Below are positions 10,162-19,640 of a stretch of 64,000 nt of DNA, in pieces. Below the pieces are notes generated by a model. That model saw only the letters and a program-made list of their open reading frames with translations, searched no databases and had not been told where the DNA came from. The translations under genes and the position numbers were made by a program. Numbering within the stretch: position 1 is the first letter of the stretch; each line of letters starts with the position of its first letter. Where the stretch lies: the NCBI GenBank assembly GCA_000146465.1, contig CP001945.1; one strand, given 5' to 3'.

Positions 10162-12057
10162 TTATGGAACAAATATTCTTTGTTGCATCTTCTCCCCATC
10201 TTTCCTGCAGTGTATTGCCTTTAAGATTTCGTCGTCCGATACTTTTCCCGCTAGAGAGGCATAGAACGACTCAAAATCTCCTTCTGAAATCGATATCAAA
10301 AGGCCCAGATTCAGGAGGTGAGTAAGCTTCTGGACCGCCTCTGCGCTCCCAAAGTTCTTGGCAAATTCCAGGACCCTAGAAACATACTCTACCATGTTTC
10401 TTGACTGTTGCTCATCAAATGTAAGGTGCAATATTCTACTGTATAAAGCAGAATAGAGATCACAAAGAATTCTGTTTATCAGGATCTTGGAGTTTTCTCC
10501 TCTTATCGACATTTCAGATGCCTCACTAATTTCCTTCTCTATAACTTCCAGAACTCTTTCACATCCCTCCAGATTCACAAAATTCTCCTGTTTGACTCGG
10601 ACTCCGATTCTCATGGCACATGTTTCTATTTGATCCTCAAATGCATCCTTGAGCTTCTTATTGATCTTATTTCTGAAGACCCCAAGCTTCTGGAATTTAT
10701 CTCCAAAGTATTTCCTTGTCACCAAGTAAATGAATTGAAGCAACTTTATCACTTCAAACTTGCTTTGCATCGAATCATAAACGCTAGTAACAAATCCATT
10801 AATCTTCCAGGAGAAAAAGTCTATAAGCTCATCTTCCTCTTCCTCGTTGTAGAACTTGTTACATCTCTCCAGGGCAAAGTTTATGGTGTTAAGGAGCTGC
10901 TTATACATGAAGATGTTACTGGAATCGTTCCCAACTTCCTCTCCAAGAATGATGTACTTGGTGTTGCAAGGCTTCCGAAGAACAAGAATTTCATAGATCT
11001 GGTCGAAAAAGGCTTTCTCCTTATCAACAGCAATTCTGGTATACTGCGAAATAAGATCTTCGGTGGCATGAGATTCATCGAAATCTGGGTCTATTGTCTC
11101 GATGAACGATCCGAGAATCTGAAGATTCCGGTGGCAACTTTCAAGCCCTAGAAGAAACGTGCAGGGACTTGTTCCCTTGAGATAGTCGCCCAATGCTGTA
11201 GAAATAATGTCGTCATATACCTTCTTGTGTATCATCTTATATACATCCTTTGTATTTACAAAGATATCCCCAAGATCCCTGAACTTGTCGTCATATGCAT
11301 CTCTAATCTTGCTTATCAACTCCACAAACGTGCTATGCTCAACTGCGTGGAAGTCAAGGTCTATGATCTTTTCTTCCTTGTTCTCCATTCTAACCGGCTC
11401 CTTAAACAGGTCCAAGGAATATATGTAGGAATGAACGAGAAAACTTTCCTTTCCCATTTCAAGTAATGAGTTATATGCGGACCTCATCATTGTCTTGTTG
11501 TTCTGCTTATTTCCTATTTCAAACACATCAAGCATCTTGTCTTCCATTGCCTTATTGTATTCTCGGAGCTTCTCGCAGTCTTCGGTCACCTTTGAGATGC
11601 TATACAAAAGAAAACATAGAAATCTCCAGTCCTCCTCGCTATCACTTGAGATAAGACTGTCAATCACATTGAAATTCCCCTTCTCAACCTCCATCAGATA
11701 CTTTACGGCTTTTTCCATTCTTTTGAGATGGTTGATCTTCTTGTTTTTTTCTAGCACGTCTCTTGACGGCCCAAGCGGCTCCAGAACTATCTGGCCTATC
11801 TCTTTGCTCAGATCGTCAATCTTGTCAAGCTTCAGTCCCTCCTGGACGGTACGAAGCTTTGTGTTGAGCTTTTCCCTCTTGAAAAACAAACCCTCTCTTA
11901 TGTTCTCAAGGTCTCCAACAAGCTCTACAAGATTGGTATGTGTCTGAAAAACATTGTCTTCTTTGATATCAACAGATTCCTCAACAAGACTTGTCAGATT
12001 GAATGACCCAGCTCTCAACTGGCTTACATGGACGCTTTTCATCAGGGGAGACAACAA
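10162..12057 (-). CDS. Hypothetical 631-aa all-helical protein. It is possibly a vesicle-tethering complex subunit (exocyst, COG or GARP-like), but this is unproven.
   Basis: Long intact ORF with an N-terminal coiled-coil-like region followed by helical-bundle-like sequence. No catalytic motifs were found. Confidence 0.45.
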   Translation of the reverse strand: MLSPLMKSVHVSQLRAGSFNLTSLVEESVDIKEDNVFQTHTNLVELVGDLENIREGLFFKREKLNTKLRTVQEGLKLDKIDDLSKEIGQIVLEPLGPSRDVLEKNKKINHLKRMEKAVKYLMEVEKGNFNVIDSLISSDSEEDWRFLCFLLYSISKVTEDCEKLREYNKAMEDKMLDVFEIGNKQNNKTMMRSAYNSLLEMGKESFLVHSYIYSLDLFKEPVRMENKEEKIIDLDFHAVEHSTFVELISKIRDAYDDKFRDLGDIFVNTKDVYKMIHKKVYDDIISTALGDYLKGTSPCTFLLGLESCHRNLQILGSFIETIDPDFDESHATEDLISQYTRIAVDKEKAFFDQIYEILVLRKPCNTKYIILGEEVGNDSSNIFMYKQLLNTINFALERCNKFYNEEEEDELIDFFSWKINGFVTSVYDSMQSKFEVIKLLQFIYLVTRKYFGDKFQKLGVFRNKINKKLKDAFEDQIETCAMRIGVRVKQENFVNLEGCERVLEVIEKEISEASEMSIRGENSKILINRILCDLYSALYSRILHLTFDEQQSRNMVEYVSRVLEFAKNFGSAEAVQKLTHLLNLGLLISISEGDFESFYASLAGKVSDDEILKAIHCRKDGEKMQQRIFVP

Positions 12058-12142
12058 ATCACGTAATCAAAGAGACCTGAGAGGACCGACCTCGAGTCCC
12101 AAAAGAAAGAAGAGTTAGTTCAAGATAATTTAATGATGGCGA

Positions 12143-12901
12143 TTAGAAACCATTCCACTCCTCGGTATTCTCTGCAGTTATTCCACCCAAAATCTCTTCT
12201 TTCCCAACGTTAAGAACCGTATTTGTTGTTTCAAGGAGCTGCTCTTCAATAAGCTGCTCAAGCTCGACACTGTCTCTAAAGAGGAAAAGCTCGACTTCCT
12301 TCATGTCTCGAGCAAGTTCCGCCCCGGTCTTCATGTAACTGATTAGTCTGGATAAGATAAAAAACCCGGCAGCAATAGCAGATGGCGACCTGTTGTTCAT
12401 GGGGATGGCAATGTCTACTCCCACCAGAGAGTTGTCTGCATTGACAAATGCAATGGTTGGAAGATTGCAGTATTGTGATTCCAAAATCGCCTGCTTATCG
12501 GCATATGTATCGGAAACAATCAGAATCCTCGGGTCATACATTCTTCTAACTTCCGAGTTTGTAAACGATCCGGGAATAAACCTTCCGGTTATTGGTGTTG
12601 CACCGACAGCCTCGCAGAACTTGACAACGGGCTTTCTTCCGAATGTCTTTGTAGATACCACGGCAATGCTAGAGGGATGCTTTATTCCACAAAAGGCCCG
12701 AGCTGCAATGATGAGTTTCTCCCACATTGCATTGATGTCAATAATACTAATCTTATCATGAGGCCTTGTGCCGTAAAGGTATCTAGCAAAGTTCTTGTTT
12801 GCGGAGGTTCCTCCAAGATGTGCCTGGCTAAGTATAAGCAACTTAACAAACTCCTCTGGAATTTTGATACTATCCGAGATTCTGGTGTTATCTTGCGGCA
12901 T
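12143..12901 (-). CDS. RPSA: 40S ribosomal protein SA (uS2, p40).
   Basis: The sequence LLILSQAHLGGTSANKNFARYLYG...DGIyIIDInamWEKLIIAARAF...ATPITGRFIPGSFTN...PTIAFVNADNSLVGVDIAIPMNN matches RPSA ([23 protein letters not shown]...ATPIAGRFTPGTFTN...[23 protein letters not shown]). The probable start is the second Met MPQDN; the ORF track extends to 12934. An AAAAATTT..ACCC motif lies between the two Mets. Confidence 0.9.
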   Translation of the reverse strand: MPQDNTRISDSIKIPEEFVKLLILSQAHLGGTSANKNFARYLYGTRPHDKISIIDINAMWEKLIIAARAFCGIKHPSSIAVVSTKTFGRKPVVKFCEAVGATPITGRFIPGSFTNSEVRRMYDPRILIVSDTYADKQAILESQYCNLPTIAFVNADNSLVGVDIAIPMNNRSPSAIAAGFFILSRLISYMKTGAELARDMKEVELFLFRDSVELEQLIEEQLLETTNTVLNVGKEEILGGITAENTEEWNGF

Positions 12902-13091
12902 TTCAAGGGTACAAATTTTTTCAGGATTATGCATTTAGCACGGAGCAAAGTAGAAACAGAAGCCCAGGGATTATTAGGAAGGAATTCTCTTTTCATGTGA
13001 TGTATTCCAACCTTCTTTTACAAAAAATTCCTGTAAGATATTGGGGCCAGATTGCAGGTGTTGAAATCAATTCTTTTAGGACGAATTTATA

Positions 13092-13206
13092 GCCCCCGTA
13101 GCTCAGTCGGTTAGAGCGTGGTACTTATATGCTGGAAAGCTGTGCAATACTTGGTTTATACTGCTAAGATATGCCAAGGCCGCGGGTTCGAGTCCCGCTG
13201 GGGGCA
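13092..13206 (+). tRNA. tRNA-Ile (anticodon UAU) containing a 41-nt intron at the canonical 37/38 position, 13130..13170.
   Basis: Manual fold as follows. The acceptor stem GCCCCCG pairs with TGGGGGC, with one G-U pair. The D-arm is GCTC-AGTCGGTTA-GAGC. The anticodon stem TGGTA pairs with TGCCA. The anticodon loop is CT-TAT-A, interrupted by the intron. The T-arm is GCGGG-TTCGAGT-CCCGC (B-box GGTTCGAGTCC). The discriminator is A and no CCA is encoded. Confidence 0.8.
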
Positions 13207-13258
13207 GTTCTTTTCTTCTAATATTCTATAGTTTCTTTTAATTCCTTTGGCTTTCTTC

Positions 13259-14110
13259 CTAGAAGTAGATTCCTACCTTCCTGAACTCCAACAGAAGAGC
13301 AAGGAAGTCGTCAATGCTCATCTTGGCAGCCCGAGCCCCGTCAAGCTCTGCCCTGGACAAAACCTTTTCAAACACTTCCTCTGGCGTGGTGTTTTCAAAG
13401 CTAGGGTTTCCTTTTACCTTGCTGACCAAAGACGAATTCCTAAAGTTGGCCTTGAGAGTCTTGTTTTTTCTAAGAAAGCATATCTTCAGAAATCTGTCAA
13501 ACTCCTCGAGGTCTATTGGGGGCCTGGGAATCCGAGGCTCTATCCTTACAAAACTCGACTCGATCTTTGGTGGAGGCACAAAGCTGTTCTTGGACACCTT
13601 TAGAACATGATCCACCTGTGCAAGCATCTGTGCTCCAACAGATAGCCTACAGTACTCTGAACTTCCAGGCTTTGCCACCAGCCTGTCTGAAAACTCCCTC
13701 TGGAACATTATGAATGCACATTTGAAGTCATATTTTAGAAGCTTGAACATAAACGGGCTGCTGATTTGATATGGCAAGTTACTGATGCAAAGATCAAAAT
13801 GGGGGAAGTCATGCTTCAATGCATCCCCTACAAACAACTGGAACTTCTGAGCCATTCCAGGAGTGCCGTTAACTTTCTTTGCCAGCTCAGCTGCCAGCCT
13901 AGGGTCAATTTCATAGCATATCACCTTCTTTGCCTTCTGAAGTAACTTCATTGTCAAGTTTCCCGTCCCTCCCCCTATTTCTAGCACCGTGTCCGTTGGC
14001 TTAATCTTTGCCCTCTCTATTATTGTGTCGATTACTCCCATGTTCTTCAGTATATGCTGTCCATGCTGTTTATTGAACTTTGGATTTACCATTTGAACAC
14101 ACCCCACCAT
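13259..14110 (-). CDS. DIM1: 18S rRNA (adenine-N6,N6)-dimethyltransferase Dim1 (KsgA family).
   Basis: The sequence FNKQHGQHILKN...LEIGGGTGNLTMKLL...ISNLPYQISSP...FQREFSDRL...YCRLS matches Dim1 (FNTDLGQHILKN...LEVGPGTGNLT...ISNTPYQISSP...FQREFALRL..YCRLS). Start is taken at an internal Met so the CDS does not overlap the upstream gene; the ORF track extends to 14158. Confidence 0.85.
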   Translation of the reverse strand: MVGCVQMVNPKFNKQHGQHILKNMGVIDTIIERAKIKPTDTVLEIGGGTGNLTMKLLQKAKKVICYEIDPRLAAELAKKVNGTPGMAQKFQLFVGDALKHDFPHFDLCISNLPYQISSPFMFKLLKYDFKCAFIMFQREFSDRLVAKPGSSEYCRLSVGAQMLAQVDHVLKVSKNSFVPPPKIESSFVRIEPRIPRPPIDLEEFDRFLKICFLRKNKTLKANFRNSSLVSKVKGNPSFENTTPEEVFEKVLSRAELDGARAAKMSIDDFLALLLEFRKVGIYF

Positions 14111-14138
14111 GCATAAAAATTTAACATTGTAGATGGAT

Positions 14139-14945
14139 TTAATCGCTGAGGTCTCCAAAGAAAACCCCCGATGGCGTTAGAACATACAAAGACTTTTCCC
14201 CACGGACAACCCAGCTTGCGTCTCTTGGGACTTCCACAGAGACTTCTCCAAAAAGATCTGTCACCATTCCACCAAATGCTATAAGATTGTCCCCGACAAC
14301 CCTAGAGCTTCCAATGTCTTTCTTGAAGAGGATCTTTGCTCTACAAGTATCGTACTTCAAAAGTAGATCTCCACTGGTTACAATGTACAAATATCCCTCG
14401 CGAGGTACTAACAGCTTTACAGTGTCAAAGACCTTCAGCACCAGAGAGGAATCTTTGTAGACATGCCCAAGGGGTGTGGCATGAAATATAGAATCTCCAC
14501 TGACCCAGAAGTCCTGAATAATTGAGTATCCATCTTTTTCTCTGCATATACTTTGATTCTTGAAGTACTTGATGTCCTCAAATGCCGACCCATACAGAAC
14601 CCCATCCCCTCCAAGAAAATGCATTCGTGTTCTGCCCATTATTACCTTTTTGACGCCTCTCCTCATCTCAGGTAAATTGACCACAACCTCCCTAGAAATT
14701 GCATCAAAAACAATAATCTTCGATGTTTTGAACACAAGATATATGTAATGCTCGTAGATCCCCATCTTCAATATGTCTCCATAGAATGTATACTCCTCGC
14801 CCGAGGATAAAGCAATCAATGTGCTTCTGTTCGTCAGGCAAAATACATTTCCATCATACACCACAAATTCCTTACAGTCTGATATTCCCCTTATTAGCCT
14901 GAAAGAAACATTAGGAACCTCTGCAAAGAGCTTTATACCTTCCAT
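14139..14945 (-). CDS. Hypothetical 268-aa beta-rich protein, possibly propeller-like.
   Basis: Intact ORF between Dim1 and the ABC transporter. Its composition is rich in beta-strand-forming residues (V, Y, I, G). No recognised motif. Confidence 0.45.
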   Translation of the reverse strand: MEGIKLFAEVPNVSFRLIRGISDCKEFVVYDGNVFCLTNRSTLIALSSGEEYTFYGDILKMGIYEHYIYLVFKTSKIIVFDAISREVVVNLPEMRRGVKKVIMGRTRMHFLGGDGVLYGSAFEDIKYFKNQSICREKDGYSIIQDFWVSGDSIFHATPLGHVYKDSSLVLKVFDTVKLLVPREGYLYIVTSGDLLLKYDTCRAKILFKKDIGSSRVVGDNLIAFGGMVTDLFGEVSVEVPRDASWVVRGEKSLYVLTPSGVFFGDLSD

Positions 14946-15040
14946 CCAAACTCACCTTCTTTTGGGGTAGTTCAAAACAATTCTTGAGGGCCGTCCAGTG
15001 GGAAAAAATCATGATGGTAGAGCGTCATTATATTTTATTT

Positions 15041-16708
15041 TCAACTAAACAATACTCCGTCTGAGAAATGATACACCTTGTCGAACTTATTTAACAGGTC
15101 CGAATTCCGCATTATCATTATAATAGTTTTGTCCGAGAGGTTCTTCATAATCATGTCAACTAATCTATTCTCAGACTCTTTATCCATGTGAGAAGTCACC
15201 TGGTCAAATATATATATAGATGCATCTTTGACAACTGTCCTCATCATACTGACCTTTTGTTTCTGTCCCCCACTCAGTCTGTTACCTCCATTTCCAACAA
15301 GGGTTTGATACCCTCCATCAAGGTTTTTAAATACCCCATCCAGCTCATACCTTTTACAGAATTCCACAATCTCCTCATCGCTCAAACGTGAGTTCCCATC
15401 CCTTATGTTGCCAATGACAGATTTGTTAAACAGCTGCGATTCTTGAGGCGAGTACGCTATCATCTTACGGAGCCCCTCTTTGCTCAAACCATTGAGCTCC
15501 ATACCGTCGATTTGAATGCTCCCAGAATAGTCAAGAAACCCAAGCAGAGCTCTAGCAAAAGAAGTCTTCCCCCCTCCGTTGTCTCCAGATATACCTATCT
15601 TCTCCCCCTTTCTTATGCACATGCTCACATTCCTTATCAGCTTCTTGCCTTCTATCGATATCTCCAACCCCTCAATTTTTATCTCTCTTTCTAAGTTCTC
15701 CTTGTAGTACCCGATTTCCTGTATGTCCTCCCTACTCGGCTCGCTTCTATTCTGTGCTATGTTTGTAAGATTCAATAGAATCATTCCAAAGCTGTTGCTT
15801 ATGTCGACACAATACATTCGAAGCTGGTTACTTAGTGAGAATATCAAGGTATAGTCTCGAAAGCCAATATTCTTCGTATCTCCATTTGAAAATCGAACAG
15901 TCATTATAAACATTGCTATGACAAACATATTCTCTCCAATAAAGTTTCCAACCTGCAACCAGCTCCAATATATCTTGGCATATTTTGTTTGGCCCTTCAT
16001 ACATTTGTACAGCTCGTTTGCCTCTAGCTCTTCGTTATTGTATGATTTTATAATGTCATAATTCAATATGCTGTTGTAGATTTTCCTATTCGACAGGTCA
16101 ATCTCCTTGTTCATCTTCAGTCTGATGATGTTTCGATAGTGGTTTAAGACGATGACACATACTCCATAGACAATCACAACTCCTGCCATGAGCAACCCAT
16201 AGCGATTCTCAATCCCACTTCGGATTTTAATCACCGTTATCAGTACACAGAACAGACTCATTATAAAGCACTTTATAATCGATTCCAAGACATCTCGTAG
16301 AGACAAGACCTTCCTATTCATGAATGAAATCATGTCTCCCACCCCTATCTTTTTGAAATCTAAAAACGACATGGATATATGCTCCCTATACAGATCTATA
16401 ATGTAGTCTCTACATATAGTTTCTATGTAGCTAGACATCACAAACAGAGAAACAAATCCAAACACATAGGAAGAAAGAGCTACTGCTAAATATACCTTGA
16501 TTTTTCCGTTCACAGCCTCTGTCTCATCAGCCTTCTCCTGGATTTCATTCAGAATTTCTGTAATGAATATTTCTCCATATCCTGCTACTAGTAATATTGC
16601 AATCACAGGAAGAATAATGACCCTAACAACCGGAGATCCAAGAATATATTTGAAAAGGATATCCCTTACTGCCGAGAGTTTGCTGGATCTCTTCATAACC
16701 TCTTTCAT
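15041..16708 (-). CDS. ABC half-transporter, ABCB-type, with a transmembrane domain followed by a nucleotide-binding domain.
   Basis: An N-terminal six-helix transmembrane region is followed by Walker A (GDNGGGKTS), the ABC signature (LSGGQKQKV) and Walker B (IYIFDQVTSHMD). Confidence 0.85.
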   Translation of the reverse strand: MKEVMKRSSKLSAVRDILFKYILGSPVVRVIILPVIAILLVAGYGEIFITEILNEIQEKADETEAVNGKIKVYLAVALSSYVFGFVSLFVMSSYIETICRDYIIDLYREHISMSFLDFKKIGVGDMISFMNRKVLSLRDVLESIIKCFIMSLFCVLITVIKIRSGIENRYGLLMAGVVIVYGVCVIVLNHYRNIIRLKMNKEIDLSNRKIYNSILNYDIIKSYNNEELEANELYKCMKGQTKYAKIYWSWLQVGNFIGENMFVIAMFIMTVRFSNGDTKNIGFRDYTLIFSLSNQLRMYCVDISNSFGMILLNLTNIAQNRSEPSREDIQEIGYYKENLEREIKIEGLEISIEGKKLIRNVSMCIRKGEKIGISGDNGGGKTSFARALLGFLDYSGSIQIDGMELNGLSKEGLRKMIAYSPQESQLFNKSVIGNIRDGNSRLSDEEIVEFCKRYELDGVFKNLDGGYQTLVGNGGNRLSGGQKQKVSMMRTVVKDASIYIFDQVTSHMDKESENRLVDMIMKNLSDKTIIMIMRNSDLLNKFDKVYHFSDGVLFS

Positions 16709-16903
16709 TTCTGGGGTAGAATTTTCCTCTCCTTTTCGTCTATTGAGTCTCTAGTAGCTTGGGAGGTCTAAAATCCCATTCGAAATGGATTATTGGGTGA
16801 GCTTCACAAACGCAATGTTTGGATTGGCAGAAAAGGGGTGAAGGGCAGGCTTGAACTTGGAGATGGCCTGTAGTGGTGTTTACAGGATTTTCTGCCCCTT
16901 GGA

Positions 16904-17274
16904 ATGACAGTCGTGCAATACATCCTACTCAGGAGTGACTTGAGCTTTTCAAGAGGCGCAGTAATTGCCCAGGCCTGCCATTCAAGCGTCTATTCCATCG
17001 AAAAATACAGAAACCACCCAGACACAATAGAGTATCTAGAAAACATAGAATCTATGGCAAAGATAATTCTGAAGGTAAGTGGATGGATTAATTTTAGATT
17101 AAGGAAAAGGATGTGGAAGAGATAGCCGGATATCTTACTTCGAAAGGCATAGACCATACTGTTTGGATTGAAGATCCGGAAAGAATACCAACATGCATAT
17201 CTCTCAGGCCGTACAAAAGAAGCCATATACCTGATGTTGTTGATTATTTAGCAAGGTTTGGGCTATTCCGTTGA
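16904..17274 (+). CDS. PTRHD1-like peptidyl-tRNA hydrolase-fold protein, encoded in two exons. Exon 1 is 16904..17074, a 23-nt intron spans 17075..17097, and exon 2 is 17098..17274.
   Basis: Exon 1 encodes MTVVQYILLRSDLSFSRGAVIAQACHSSV...YLENIESMAKIILK. Exon 2 encodes IKEKDVEEIAGYLTSKGIDHTVWIEDPERIPTCISLRPYKRSHIPDVVDYLARFGLFR. Together they align along the whole length with PTRHD1 (LVQYVVVRSDL..GAVVAQCCHA...YLRELDSMHKVVLEA...[38 protein letters not shown]). The intron is GTAAGTGGATGGATTAATTTTAG. Without splicing, the ORF stops after 73 aa inside the intron-extended frame. Confidence 0.7.
17075..17097 (+). other. Spliceosomal micro-intron of 23 nt, GTAAGT...TTAATTTTAG.
   Basis: A canonical GTAAGT 5' splice site sits directly after codon 57. 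A TTAAT branch-like motif and the TTTTAG 3' splice site follow. Removal restores the frame into the conserved C-terminal half of the PTRHD1 homologue. Confidence 0.65.
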
Positions 17275-17384
17275 TTACAACCTGAGGAGTCTCCCTTATT
17301 TATCTCCTTAGAGGCTCCTTTTACGATAAAGAAAGGGACATTGGAATGGCTCTATTTTAGGGCAAAAACAAATCCCCTGGAGTA

Positions 17385-19625
17385 ATGAACTCATGTCTCA
17401 AGGATGAATACAGGCGGCAGTTGATGGGAGATTGCAATCAGATGCCTTGCCATAAGGTGTTCTGCAGAGGAGGTCTAAAGGACGAGGTGGTTGAGGCATT
17501 ATCAGAACTGCTTTCAAGGTATGGAGATGTGTTTCTATGCAGAAACATATGCAAAACCATTGATGAAGCTTCTGGAAGAAGCTTAGGAGAAGATGGAGAC
17601 ATAATCCTAGACTTTTTCTTTTGCATAAATGGAATGGGCCCCAAAAGAGGACCTGCTTCGGAAATCAGGACTTGCGAAGATGACGATGGTGCAAGGAAGC
17701 CCCGAACGAAAAACGAAGAAGACAAAGGCGTCTTAAGGCTTGAGGGAGGAATGGAGTCAATGGAATGGGCCAAGAGAAAGTTTAAGAAGAAAGGTGTTCC
17801 TTTGTTCAAAAATAAGACCGGGAATAGATTTGGATGCTTGAAAATCAACGAGATGAAGGATGAGTTTGATGGAGCAGGTCGGCTCGACCACAGTATTTGT
17901 ACTCTTATATCCAGAAAAGAAGAAATCTCAGAGGAGAAAAGATACATTCTTATTGGTGTGCTCCATCTACTTCTCAAGAAGTATGAAAACTCTCTTCATC
18001 TAACTCTTGGAATGATGATTATCAGAATTTATTACTCGATAAGTAGATATGATGATATTGAAGAGATATATTATCCAATATTGTACAAGGTGTTCTGTAA
18101 TATACGTAGTTTGTACAGTGAAATGCTTAAGAAGACTTCGCTCAGTGAAGGCATAGGTTGCGAAGGAGGAAAGATAGACATGAGAGAAGGCCGGGCTATT
18201 TGCCTTTACCTCCCCAGGTTTACAAGGCTTGATCTTTCGATGCTTGTAGACAACATAACTACTACTCTTAATTCTGAGGAGGTGATTGACAGCCGAGAAA
18301 GTAAGAGAGTTGATAATCTCCTAGGAATGCTCCATATGCTATATCTTATAAATGAGGAGTGTGGTTTCCTCAGCTACAAAAAATTCTATCTATCTGCCTT
18401 TTGTTCCCGGATGAACTTCCGTGAGGAATTCAAGCACTTCAGAACAAGGTCGAAGACACCTCTTAATTTTCCCTTTATCCTTCCTGTCCACATCAAGGCA
18501 GAGCTGATTAAGTATGAAAATAACGACAAGATGAAGACATCTTTACAAGATTCCTTTTTTAAGTCTCTATTTGAGGGGCATGTAGATCCATATCTGTTCA
18601 TTACCGTCAATAGAGAAACCGTGTATAGAGATAGCATAGAAATATTCAAGAAGATGAATGTCCTGGATGCTAAGAAGCAGCTTAGAACCACATTCAAAAA
18701 CGAGGAAGGAGTTGACTCCGGAGGAATAAGAAAAGAGTATTTCCAGCTACTGAGCCAGGAAATCAAGGAAGACGAAAGGCTGTTTGAACACACAGAGAAC
18801 CGAATCTGGATCAGGCCCCATAAAGGGGATGAAGAGGAATACGAAGCTATTGGAAGAATAATTGCCATTGCATTTTACAACAACATTGTCTTAAACATTC
18901 CATTTCCAAGCCTATTCTTCAAGAAGCTTCTTGATAGAAAGCCAACCCTCGATGATCTTAGAGAGATATCTTCTGGTATAGCCACATCGCTGAGGAACCT
19001 CAAAAGACTTTCAAAGGATGAAATAAACGGACTAGATCTCCGATTTGTTGCGGAGCATATAGTCGATGGAACTACAAGAATATATCCTCTTGTGAAGAAT
19101 GGAAAAAACATAAAGCTGACATCGGAAAACATGAAACTGTTTATTGAAAAATATATCGAGTTCCATACAGACACTCTTATAAAGCCTCAGTTCGAAGCCA
19201 TTAGGAGAGGATTCTACTCCATAATAGACAGGGACAAAATGGTATACTTGGATCCAAAGGAATTGGAGAAGATAATGATGGGGTCGAATACATTTGACAT
19301 CAAAGCAATAAGATCCACCACCACATACTCCGGATTCCAGGAAGATTCCCCAATCATCACATACTTCTGGGAAATATTCGAGGCTCTGAACAGGAAGAAA
19401 AAGAAAAAGCTTCTTCAGTTCATTACGGGAAACGACAGGATACCTGTCTCCGGCTCTGCATCGCTGAAGCTCATCATAATGAAAAACGGATGCGATACGG
19501 ACAGACTCCCCTCCTCGCAAACATGTTTCAACACACTTCTACTCCCCGAGTATTCATCCAAAAGGAAGTTGGAGAAAAAACTTGAAACTGCACTAGAGCT
19601 CACTGCAGGATTCTTCCTTCTCTGA
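17385..19625 (+). CDS. HECT-domain E3 ubiquitin-protein ligase.
   Basis: The C-terminal HECT lobe reads FTGNDRIPVSGSASLKLII...LPSSQTCFNTLLLPEYSSKRKLEKKLETALELTAGFFLL, with the catalytic Cys embedded in the typical LP.sHTCFN.L.LP.Y.S motif. Confidence 0.85.
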   Translation: MNSCLKDEYRRQLMGDCNQMPCHKVFCRGGLKDEVVEALSELLSRYGDVFLCRNICKTIDEASGRSLGEDGDIILDFFFCINGMGPKRGPASEIRTCEDDDGARKPRTKNEEDKGVLRLEGGMESMEWAKRKFKKKGVPLFKNKTGNRFGCLKINEMKDEFDGAGRLDHSICTLISRKEEISEEKRYILIGVLHLLLKKYENSLHLTLGMMIIRIYYSISRYDDIEEIYYPILYKVFCNIRSLYSEMLKKTSLSEGIGCEGGKIDMREGRAICLYLPRFTRLDLSMLVDNITTTLNSEEVIDSRESKRVDNLLGMLHMLYLINEECGFLSYKKFYLSAFCSRMNFREEFKHFRTRSKTPLNFPFILPVHIKAELIKYENNDKMKTSLQDSFFKSLFEGHVDPYLFITVNRETVYRDSIEIFKKMNVLDAKKQLRTTFKNEEGVDSGGIRKEYFQLLSQEIKEDERLFEHTENRIWIRPHKGDEEEYEAIGRIIAIAFYNNIVLNIPFPSLFFKKLLDRKPTLDDLREISSGIATSLRNLKRLSKDEINGLDLRFVAEHIVDGTTRIYPLVKNGKNIKLTSENMKLFIEKYIEFHTDTLIKPQFEAIRRGFYSIIDRDKMVYLDPKELEKIMMGSNTFDIKAIRSTTTYSGFQEDSPIITYFWEIFEALNRKKKKKLLQFITGNDRIPVSGSASLKLIIMKNGCDTDRLPSSQTCFNTLLLPEYSSKRKLEKKLETALELTAGFFLL

Positions 19626-19640
19626 AAATAAATTATCATA

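Noticed and set aside
14139-14158. An apparent 20-nt CDS overlap between Dim1 (ORF track ends at 14158) and the upstream hypothetical gene (stop at 14139).
   Set aside because: Dim1 homology only begins around the internal Mets. Alignment with yeast Dim1 places the conserved FN..GQHILKN about 27 aa after the start. Starting at an internal Met at or before 14110 removes the overlap.
16990-17226. The minus-strand ORF of 78 aa opposite the PTRHD1-like gene.
   Set aside because: It is antisense to a homology-supported two-exon gene and has no motifs.
17211-17274. An apparent +1 frameshift in an A-run near the 3' end of the PTRHD1-like exon 2. On first pass it seemed to separate ...ISLRPY from the conserved ...VVDYLARFGLF tail.
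   Set aside because: A careful recount of the printed sequence against the ORF-track coordinates showed that I had miscounted a homopolymer. With the correct bases the whole exon 2 (17098-17274) is in one frame. No frameshift is needed.
17341-17384. TTTTAG just upstream of the HECT gene ATG, and TTTTTTAG upstream of the Rpn8 ATG, considered as possible 3' splice sites of 5'-end introns.
   Set aside because: No GTAAGT or GTATGT-type donor exists a suitable distance (20-50 nt) upstream in frame with an initiator ATG. The downstream ATGs already give complete, homology-supported N-termini.
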